DNA of 64,000 nt, taken from IMG/VR virus record IMGVR_UViG_3300034374_009254, positions 1 to 64,000 of that record. One strand, 5' to 3'. Source of the DNA: a virus. The notes under the pieces were generated by a model that was given only the letters and a program-made list of their open reading frames with translations, ran no database searches and was not told where the DNA came from. How positions within the stretch are numbered: the first letter of the stretch is position 1; the number at the start of each line of letters is the position of its first letter. Of this stretch, positions 37,683 through 46,400 are shown in pieces. The position numbers and the translations under genes are program-made.

Positions 37683-37913
37683 TTAGGCCTGAGCTTGATA
37701 CCAAGCTACTACTTCATTGAGGTCTGTCCAGTCTGCACGACTGCCATCATCTTGAGTTTTCCAAGGTTGTAAGACCACAGATGTGTGATTATTTTCAGAA
37801 TCTACTACAAAAATTTCTGCAACTCCGTCTGTAAGAGTTGCGTGAAAATTTTCAGTAACGTCAACAGGGTTTCCATCTTCATCTGGAACCTGTATAATTT
37901 TTGTAAAATCCAT
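37683..37913 (-). CDS. Small hypothetical protein (possible fibre chaperone or adaptor)
   Basis: AAGGAG RBS; lies in the operon. Confidence 0.6.
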   Translation of the reverse strand: MDFTKIIQVPDEDGNPVDVTENFHATLTDGVAEIFVVDSENNHTSVVLQPWKTQDDGSRADWTDLNEVVAWYQAQA

Positions 37914-37924
37914 AGATTATCTCC

Positions 37925-39691
37925 TTAAGTTCTCTTGTGGATAAATTGTAAATATAAATCTGAGCCAATAGCACTTGTACCAACATTTGTGATATCGACA
38001 GTTAAGTAGTCTCCTTCAGCCATTGTCAAAGTAGGATTGCTAACTGTTCCACTTGTGTTTCCTGCAGAAACAGTTACTGTTTGAGCCGATGTTCCGTTTT
38101 TCTTTACATCTGCTACAACATCAGCATCCGCTAGACCCCCTAACTTCGCATTTATTTTACTAACTTCCAGATTGAATGGTGCATACCATCTTTTAGTCCC
38201 TGTTCCAACCTCTAAAGACCCGATTTTATGCATATTTATTGCTAACGGCGTATTATCTCTAACAGTTGCAGGTAAAGACGTCGTTGTTGCAAATTGAGTT
38301 GTATTTGTTTCTACAATTTTTTCAATTTTTGCTTGAAATTGAACAGTATCATCTAGATATTCTCCCATATCTTTTACTTTGAATTTGTCCGTTGTGGCAT
38401 CATATACAAGACACAAGTTTCCAATATCTGCAACAGTAGGAACTGGCTTAACTTCTACTGGAGTAACGTGTCCTTCTTGATCATGTTGAAAAAATAATCT
38501 ATAGTTTCCATTTTCGTAAGTCTCTACTTCGAGAGGCTTAATATTTATTTGCCCTCGCATAGCAGAATGATTACCGCACTGATAGTACAAAGTATCCGGC
38601 GCGTCGCTTGGAACTACAAATACTAAAGTTCCACTTTCGTTTCTGGAGCCTGTTACACCGCTTGTATACTCTCCTATATAACTTCCTGCTGAAAAATTTG
38701 TTCCATCATCTGTTGTTAAGTAGAAAGGATGGCCCGAAAGAGAAGCGTCTAAATTGAAAGTATAAGTTCCTCCCTTGTAAAGAGGGCCAAGAGTAGGATT
38801 GTTTCCAGAAGCAGTTCCACTAAAGGTGTAGTACCCTGTCGTTGCAAATTCAACATCATAAGTTACAGTGGGAGCAGTAAGAGTAGGTGCTGTAATTGTT
38901 GAGGGTACAGCAATAACAAGTCTTTGAACTTCAGTAGCTTGTCCTCCATTTATTGCAGGATTTGTAACTCCTGTAACATTAAGTGTGGAAGTAGACCAAC
39001 TTACATTATTATCTGTGCCTGCACCTTCAATCCACTTTAAATAAATTTTATGAGTTTGAGTCATACTACCATGAAGGTCGTGTGCCGCAAAATTATTTAC
39101 TGTATAAGTTCCCTGATTATATAAAGGTACTACAGATTGCTGTTGATTTTCAATCTTTGTTCTAGCATAAGCTACTGTTCCTGCATCCCAAGTCCATAGC
39201 CAATCTGCCCCATGGCCTGCCGTAGGATCGTCTACATTAATTGTAAATGTTTCTGGAGTAATTGAAAGGTCTACTTCAAAACCTGGATTAGTTGCTAAAT
39301 CTTGTTGTACTTGAGTAAAATTAACGGCACCTGCTGTAGTTGCTGTAGTAGTAGTTTTTCCATCTTGAGTTACAACTAAAGCTGTAGGGTTTGGAACTTC
39401 TGTAGTAGGTGGAGGAATAATTGCAATATTACCATTTGTTTCATCTGTTGTAATTTTTGCATCCCCGAGATTAATTGTTCCCGCAGATACATACAAGTCT
39501 CTCCACTTATTTGTAGAAGACCCCAGATCATAAACTTCATTTCCTACAGGAAGCCAATGTTGTCCAACATTTACAGGCAGTCCTTCTGGATCTGGAGTCC
39601 AAGCGCCCACAGTAGAGTCATAAGTAAATGTCTTACCTCCTGAGGTATGTGTGTCGCCGTTATTTGGACTGTCTGGAAAATTTATTGCCAT
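37925..39691 (-). CDS. Fibre protein with cupredoxin-like domain
   Basis: MAINFPDSP; YDLGS...KWRDLY; GHPFYL...LYYQCGNHSAM. Confidence 0.72.
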   Translation of the reverse strand: MAINFPDSPNNGDTHTSGGKTFTYDSTVGAWTPDPEGLPVNVGQHWLPVGNEVYDLGSSTNKWRDLYVSAGTINLGDAKITTDETNGNIAIIPPPTTEVPNPTALVVTQDGKTTTTATTAGAVNFTQVQQDLATNPGFEVDLSITPETFTINVDDPTAGHGADWLWTWDAGTVAYARTKIENQQQSVVPLYNQGTYTVNNFAAHDLHGSMTQTHKIYLKWIEGAGTDNNVSWSTSTLNVTGVTNPAINGGQATEVQRLVIAVPSTITAPTLTAPTVTYDVEFATTGYYTFSGTASGNNPTLGPLYKGGTYTFNLDASLSGHPFYLTTDDGTNFSAGSYIGEYTSGVTGSRNESGTLVFVVPSDAPDTLYYQCGNHSAMRGQINIKPLEVETYENGNYRLFFQHDQEGHVTPVEVKPVPTVADIGNLCLVYDATTDKFKVKDMGEYLDDTVQFQAKIEKIVETNTTQFATTTSLPATVRDNTPLAINMHKIGSLEVGTGTKRWYAPFNLEVSKINAKLGGLADADVVADVKKNGTSAQTVTVSAGNTSGTVSNPTLTMAEGDYLTVDITNVGTSAIGSDLYLQFIHKRT

Positions 39692-39701
39692 TGTTTACTC
39701 C

Positions 39702-40916
39702 TTAAGGTAGATCAGCTCCATAATACTGAATACTATCTTTGGTGCCATCTTGTGCTGTAATAAAATACATTCCTGAAAATGTATCTAAATTATAAGTTCC
39801 TGCTGAAACATCTTTTCGATATACATTTACCGCACCTTGTCCAGGTATAGCATCAGAAGAAAGAGTTGCATGGGAAGTATATGTATTTATATCAGATACT
39901 GCATTCCAAGAAGAATCGTTTCTTAATAGCCAAATTCTAACCGGGCCATCAAAAGTTATAGATCCTGCATCCGCTTGGCCACTATTTACATCTGTAGTAC
40001 CCCAAGCCCCTTCTAAATATGGAGCAAGCGTAGATAAATTACTTGCATAAGCGACCCAGTTACCTCCATTTGCAGTTAGTGTTAAGCCGTCTGTTATTTT
40101 TGCCATCGGAGCTAGAGAATGATGTTGCCAATTAGTAATATCTGCAACAATAAAGCTCAAACTGAAGTCTACAAAACGAGTTGTAATTCTTGCTCCATCC
40201 GACGCACTTAAACGTGCTCGAAAAGTTCCTGCATTTGCTTTTGTAGTAGTTGGCGTAAAAGTATATACACCGGTACTTTGATTTATAGTTGTATCTGCAC
40301 TAAGCTGGGAAGGTCTTGCATTATTCGCAGTTTTATAAGCAATTCCATAAGTAATATCAAAACCTTCGGGGTCTTGTGCCACCATTGTAACTGTACTTGT
40401 AGTTCCATCACTATTTAATTCTTGTGTAGTAGGCGGCTCTGTAGTAATTACAGGACTTTCATCATTTCCTGCAGCTATTCGATCCCACTCTGTACCATCC
40501 CATACATAAAGTGTTTTTGTATCAGAAGTAAAAGCAAAATCTCCTACAGTATTTCCGCTAGTAGGAACTGCTGCAAAATTTGCATAAGCAGTTACAGAAG
40601 AACCATCAGCACCATCAGCACCATCAGCACCATTGGCTCCTGCGGGTCCTGCAGGTCCTGCGGGTCCAGATACACCTACCCATTGACTTGAAGATCCGTC
40701 ACTATAGTAAACATAAAGACTACTAACATCTGTACGATACCACAAGTCTCCCGCTTTTGGATTTAAAGGAGCAGTATCAGAAGAAGTAACTGTCGCGGGC
40801 AAAACTCCTACAGCAGTATCCTTCCATACTCCTTTTGTCGAGTTATAGGCATACGTTACACCATTTAGTGTAAATGTATCTCCGTTACTCGGACTATCTG
40901 GAAAATTATATGCCAT
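39702..40916 (-). CDS. Fibre/adhesin with GDLW module, collagen-like repeat and Ig-like domain
   Basis: MAYNFPDSP; GPAGPAGPAGANGADGADGADG; AQDPEGFDITY. Confidence 0.78.
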   Translation of the reverse strand: MAYNFPDSPSNGDTFTLNGVTYAYNSTKGVWKDTAVGVLPATVTSSDTAPLNPKAGDLWYRTDVSSLYVYYSDGSSSQWVGVSGPAGPAGPAGANGADGADGADGSSVTAYANFAAVPTSGNTVGDFAFTSDTKTLYVWDGTEWDRIAAGNDESPVITTEPPTTQELNSDGTTSTVTMVAQDPEGFDITYGIAYKTANNARPSQLSADTTINQSTGVYTFTPTTTKANAGTFRARLSASDGARITTRFVDFSLSFIVADITNWQHHSLAPMAKITDGLTLTANGGNWVAYASNLSTLAPYLEGAWGTTDVNSGQADAGSITFDGPVRIWLLRNDSSWNAVSDINTYTSHATLSSDAIPGQGAVNVYRKDVSAGTYNLDTFSGMYFITAQDGTKDSIQYYGADLP

Positions 40917-40925
40917 TTTTACTCC

Positions 40926-42227
40926 TTATACAAATGTGATCGTGCAAGATCCGTTACTATTTGCGGTTCCTCCACTTGTTGTAGTGCTTCCATTAGTAAC
41001 TACATTTGAATCAAAATATCCTGAGCCACCCGCTCCTCCAGACCCTGCGTCGGGAAATACAATAGCTCCCCCGCCTCCGCCATAGTAGCCACCACCCCCA
41101 CCTCCAGCTCCGCCGCCCGAAGGAAAGAAGCAACCTATGCCGCCATTTCCAAATCCCGGGCCAGAGTTTGCCGGATTGGGATTAGTATAACCTCCTCCCG
41201 ATGAAGTTCCTGCAGGTGCCGCACCACCATTTCTTCCGGATCCAGGATTTCCATTGTATCTATTACCTCCAGCACCTCCACCTGCACCGGTTTGAGTACC
41301 TCCTCCCGCTGGAGTATCATTTGAGTTGGTGCTAGTGTCACTACCAGCACCTCCTGTAGTGCCTCCACCCCCGCCGGTTTGAGTGCCTCCATTCATGCTA
41401 CCGCCACCACCACCAGCTACCATTATAGGAACTTCTCCAGAACCGTAAGTACCTGTGTAAATGCCAGTACCTTCTCCGCCATTTCCTCCATATCTTGAAT
41501 CTGTGCCATTATTACCTTTAGCCCCTACTAAAAGATTAATACTTGAATTCGCAGCAAGAGTATATCTACCTGATGTAAGCCCTCCTGCACCCCCGCCTAA
41601 CCCATCGCTACTTCTACCTCCACCTGCTCCACCTTCTAAATCAAAATCTAAATCAAAATCAGCGGCAGTATTATTACTTAAAGTATAAACGGTATTAGCT
41701 GCAAATCCTGTTACACTTCCTGATGTAAAAGTTGTATTTCCACTTACTGCAGGAGATACTGTAAGTGTAGCAAAAGCAAGATATACAGTCGACGTTGTTC
41801 GTACTACTTTTCTTCCATCGTCTGCTTTAATTCTTAGTGTAAAGTTTCCCGCATTAGCAGAATTTGTAGATGGTGTAATTGTAAAAGTTCCATCATTATT
41901 ATTTACAATTGTTGCTTGTGACTGATCTGCTGGAAGCACGTCATAGCTATATGTTACAGGAAACCCTTCTGGGTCCGAAGCCGCTACCGTAACTGTAGTA
42001 GCTGTACCATCAGATGCAAGAACATAAGAAGATTGTGCTTCTGTAGTAAAAATTAGACCTGCATCAGGACCAGAAGCTACACGATCCCACCTACTACCTT
42101 TCCAAACATGCAAAGTTCCTGTTGCTTGATCTACAATAATTTCACCTGTATTACCGCTTGCAGGAAAACTTGCAGAGTTTGCAAAACTTTTTTTACCTCT
42201 TGCTTTTATGTCTGAATAGTTTGCCAT
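40926..42227 (-). CDS. Fibre/adhesin with Ig-like and glycine-rich domains
   Basis: MANYSDIKA; ASDPEGFPVTYS; GGGGGGYYGGGGG. Confidence 0.78.
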   Translation of the reverse strand: MANYSDIKARGKKSFANSASFPASGNTGEIIVDQATGTLHVWKGSRWDRVASGPDAGLIFTTEAQSSYVLASDGTATTVTVAASDPEGFPVTYSYDVLPADQSQATIVNNNDGTFTITPSTNSANAGNFTLRIKADDGRKVVRTTSTVYLAFATLTVSPAVSGNTTFTSGSVTGFAANTVYTLSNNTAADFDLDFDLEGGAGGGRSSDGLGGGAGGLTSGRYTLAANSSINLLVGAKGNNGTDSRYGGNGGEGTGIYTGTYGSGEVPIMVAGGGGGSMNGGTQTGGGGGTTGGAGSDTSTNSNDTPAGGGTQTGAGGGAGGNRYNGNPGSGRNGGAAPAGTSSGGGYTNPNPANSGPGFGNGGIGCFFPSGGGAGGGGGGYYGGGGGAIVFPDAGSGGAGGSGYFDSNVVTNGSTTTSGGTANSNGSCTITFV

Positions 42228-43477
42228 TATGGTACCGGTGTCATCACAATTTTGCCGCCTGCTTGTTCTGCTCCTCCCGCCGTGTTAGAAACTGAAGTTG
42301 CTCCATTTCCTATAAAACCGGAGCCACCGCCACCGCCTGCACCACCCGCAGAAGCGCCTCCGCCTCCACCGCCGTAGTAGCCTCCGCCACCACCACCTTG
42401 CCAGCCGTCTCCACCTTTGTATCCTCCTCTACCTCCAGGAGCCCATCCATCACCTCCTGGACCATTTGTAGAGTTATAGAATCCATTGCCTCCTTGTCTA
42501 AAAGAGCCCGCGCTACCGCTTCCACGATCGCCAGATCCTCCACCGCCTCCAGCAGTTTGAGTACCTCCACCGCCTCCGTATGCGTTCCAACCACTTACTT
42601 TTGTTCCGCCACCGCCCGAGTCACCTCCTCCATTACCTCCTGTAGTATTACCACTACCGCCACCACCACCGCCTACGATATATGGAGTATCTGCATTTGT
42701 ACTACTATAAACTGCAGAAGCCCCTCCTCCAGACCCCGTACCAGGCGCAGCAGCTCCTACACGTAATTTAATGGATCCGCCCGCAGGAATAGAATAAGTA
42801 GCAATAGCACGACCTCCCGTACCGGCAGAACTGCCACCTTGAACATGTCCTGAACCTCCTTGTACATCAAACTGAAGTACGACAGCATTAGTATTATTAT
42901 TTGTAACTGTGTATTCTTGGGTTGTATCAGTCAAAGAAATTGAAGCTGCTCCATTAACTGAGTCCCAGCTACTAGCTCCATCTATAGAGGGGCTGAAGTC
43001 AAGAAGGCCAGAATAGAAAGATAAATTCATAGTGCTTGTTTTTGAAGATACATTCACACCGTCACTTGCTTTAAATCTTAAACTAAACGTGCCGGCATCT
43101 GCCTCCGTAGTAGTAGGTGTTACAGTAAAGGTTCCACCGCTATTTGTGATTGTAGCCTGTGCTTGATTACTTGGAACAGTATCATGTGAATATGTTATTG
43201 GAAATCCTTCTGGATCAGTCGCAGCAACAGTAATCACTGTTGCAGTACCGTCATCATTTAAGTCATAACTTGCAGCGGGTTCTGTTGTAAACTCTGGAAG
43301 TTCGTCTGCTCCAGAAGCTACACGATCCCACTCTGATCCATCCCAGACATAAATACCTCCAGTATCTAAAGCAAGTACAAGGTCTCCTGCACTATTTCCA
43401 CTGGAAGGAAACGCAGCAAAGTTTGCATAAGATTTAACTATTGCTCCGCTTGCTTTTACGTCAGAATAATTTGCCAT
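42227..43477 (-). CDS. Fibre/adhesin with Ig-like and glycine-rich domains
   Basis: MANYSDVKA (TAATG-coupled start at 43477); paralogue of 40926..42227. Confidence 0.78.
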   Translation of the reverse strand: MANYSDVKASGAIVKSYANFAAFPSSGNSAGDLVLALDTGGIYVWDGSEWDRVASGADELPEFTTEPAASYDLNDDGTATVITVAATDPEGFPITYSHDTVPSNQAQATITNSGGTFTVTPTTTEADAGTFSLRFKASDGVNVSSKTSTMNLSFYSGLLDFSPSIDGASSWDSVNGAASISLTDTTQEYTVTNNNTNAVVLQFDVQGGSGHVQGGSSAGTGGRAIATYSIPAGGSIKLRVGAAAPGTGSGGGASAVYSSTNADTPYIVGGGGGGSGNTTGGNGGGDSGGGGTKVSGWNAYGGGGGTQTAGGGGGSGDRGSGSAGSFRQGGNGFYNSTNGPGGDGWAPGGRGGYKGGDGWQGGGGGGYYGGGGGGASAGGAGGGGGSGFIGNGATSVSNTAGGAEQAGGKIVMTPVP

Positions 43478-46400
43478 TATCGCTCCGTCATTACCCAACC
43501 TTGAGTAGCATTATAGTATACTAATCCAAAGGCTGCTCTATCTACATCAATTGTTAAATCTGTTGCGCTACCTTCAATATTATGTCCATTTCGTGCTATT
43601 GTAATATTATTTGTTGCCGCATTTCCAGTACCATCAATAATTCTTATTTCATCGCCAAGTACTGCAGCTACAGGAAGTGTAACTGTTACTGCAGTTGAAG
43701 TATCTACAATCAACCTGTCTCCAGCTTCTGCAGTATAGGCTGCTGTTTTCTCTGCCCAAGTACTACTACTTCCACCCCCAGAAGGATTAGTTTTTACCCA
43801 TTGAGTAGATGAACCATCATCAATGTATACATACAAGAAAAGATCGTCATCGTCAAACCACAGGTCCCCTGCCGTTGGCGAAGTAGGTGCGGTATTCCCT
43901 ACAGTTACAGAGGCACCACCACTTGAGCCTCCTGAGCTACCGCCCGCTCCAGAGGGATTAGTTTGTACCCATTGATTTGATGTGCCGTCATTGTAGTATA
44001 CATATAATACTAAATCTACATCGTCAAACCATAGATCTCCTGCGGACGGACTACTCGGAGCTGTTCCTGATACGGTTACAGAAGCTCCGCCTCCGCCTCC
44101 AAGTCCTGAGATTGCAGCTTGAACAAACGCAGTAGTTGCAATTTGAGTTGTATTCGTACCACTTGTAGCAGTAGGTGCAGTAGGTGTCCCTGTCAGTGCA
44201 GGATCTGCAAGAGGTGCTTTTAAAGCTAGATTATTTGTTACTGTTGTAGAAAAGTTTGCATCATCCCCCAAAGCTGCTGCAAGTTCATTGAGAGTGTCTA
44301 AAGCTCCTGGCGCTGAATCTATAAGATTTGCAATTTCTGTATCTACATAGGAAACAGAAGCAGCATCAGTAATACCATAACCTGCCAAGGTAGTAGGAGT
44401 ACCTGTAAGGCTACTCCAAGCTCCGTCAAAAATTTGAGAGTTATTTGCAAGTTCTACCCAGTTACCTGCATGAGCAAAATAGGCTTTTCCTGTTCCATGA
44501 ACGTGTGCAAACATACCATGATAGGTTGATGCACTTGGTAAGTCTCCTGTAGTTGCAAACATATTTGCATAGTACGCCTTACCTGTAGTAATAAAATCGT
44601 TGCTACCAATATCTATATCTAATAAAGTACTAGCACCATCTGTAATACCATATCCTGCAAGAGTAGTGGGCTTTCCAGTAATTGTACTAAATGTTACGGG
44701 CTTATCAAATGTGCCTCTAGAATCTGATACCTGTATGGAAGTTGCATTGAGTGCTTTACCAGCAATAACAGTACTAACAGTAGTAGAAATAGTGCCGTTA
44801 TCTTGTACATACATTGTTGTATCAGGAGTAAGCGATGAGTGTACATCACTAATTGCTCCAGCAAGCATTACAGTTACTGTATCGCCATCTGCAACAGTTG
44901 ATTGTGCAATTCCTAAGTAAGAATCTTTTGTACTTGCAGCAGAAGTACGGAAAAACGAAGTATAGATATTACTATTATTACTAGGATAAGTGTCCCTATC
45001 GCTAGATACCATTGCAAGATAGCCCGCAGGATCATTCTCCCCCGCAGGGAATCTTAGCGAAGCACTACCATAATCTCTTGTTACTACTAGAGTAGCTCCT
45101 AGCTCATTTGCAAATACCCCAGAAGTCGAAACAGATGCTAAAGCTCTATGAATAGTTCCATCATCATATTTTGTAAGAATACCAAACTTATCATCTGTTT
45201 TTGAACACTTTATTGTATGCTCTAAGATATAATAATTTGCATTATTATTTCCAGGCCCCATACTAAGTACATTTGATTCTGCGTTTGAAGCAAATGCAAA
45301 AGTACTTCCATTAAAAGTAGAGCTTCTCATCATTAAATCGACAGGAGCCCCTACATACCAATAATTTCTTCGGCTAGAAATGAGCATTTCAGAGCCTACG
45401 TGGTAGAATATTTGATTTCCGTTAGTTGCCCAAGTCGTATTTGTTGCAGCAGTAGACCAAGTAATACTTGTTCCAGAAATTGTACCAATCGAGTATGTTA
45501 CAGTTCCTCCAGAAAGAGAAGCTGCAACCAATTTATTATAAAGTTTTGACCACTCAAAAGCTCCATAAGCTGGAGTAAGACCAATTGCTATTGCGCTACC
45601 AAAAGTAATTGTAGTTCCTGATACTGTTACAAAATGACAGTCAGAACCATTTAATGCAATTAAATCACCAGTTTCAGTAGTAATAATTTTACTATACGCA
45701 CCCACATTATTTGCGGGACCTATAGATAAAGTTCCTGAACTATTTGTAACAATATAAGAATTCGTTCCAACTTTAAGAATACCTGTTGAAGTCCCATTAA
45801 TATGAAAATACTTATCAGGAGTAAGACTAGATAAAAGAGTTTGAGGAGTTCCAGGACTAAAAGTTAGAGTAGCAAGATTTGTATTCCAAATTACACCTAC
45901 AGTTTGACCACTAGTATTCTGATAAAATTGTTGGTATACTCCGTCTTGATCGTTGTAATCAAGAGCATCTTTTTGAGTATAATAATGAGTAGTGCTACTA
46001 CTATTTGCCAATTGCGCATGAGCGCCTGCTACAGGCGCTGTAGCTACTGCCGTTACCTCTCCAGTAGTTGCTCCAAGAGTTACTGCAGTTCCAGAAGTAA
46101 TTGCACCATCTGCAATAAAATCTATTTGAGAGTCTCCGCCTGATGTACTAAATCCTGCGATCTCTCCTTGTACAAATGCAGTTGTTGCAAGTTGTGTGCT
46201 ACTATCTCCTGTTGTTGCCGTCGGGGCTGCGGGAGTACCTGTAAATGTTGGAGAAGCTAAAGGTGCAGCATCTGTGATACCATATCCTGAAAGAGTAGTA
46301 GGAGTACCTGTTAGTGAGCTAAACGCTGCGTCAAAAGTACTGTAGTCAGTGCCTGCCACCGCTGCACTAATATTTCCTGCTCCGTCTGCTTTTACAATGC

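Noticed and set aside
27808-40665. Short tandem repeats (GCACCATCA / GCTCCGTCA units) as a CRISPR or VNTR locus
   Set aside because: They are in-frame collagen-like GAD/GPA codons with no spacers and no cas genes.
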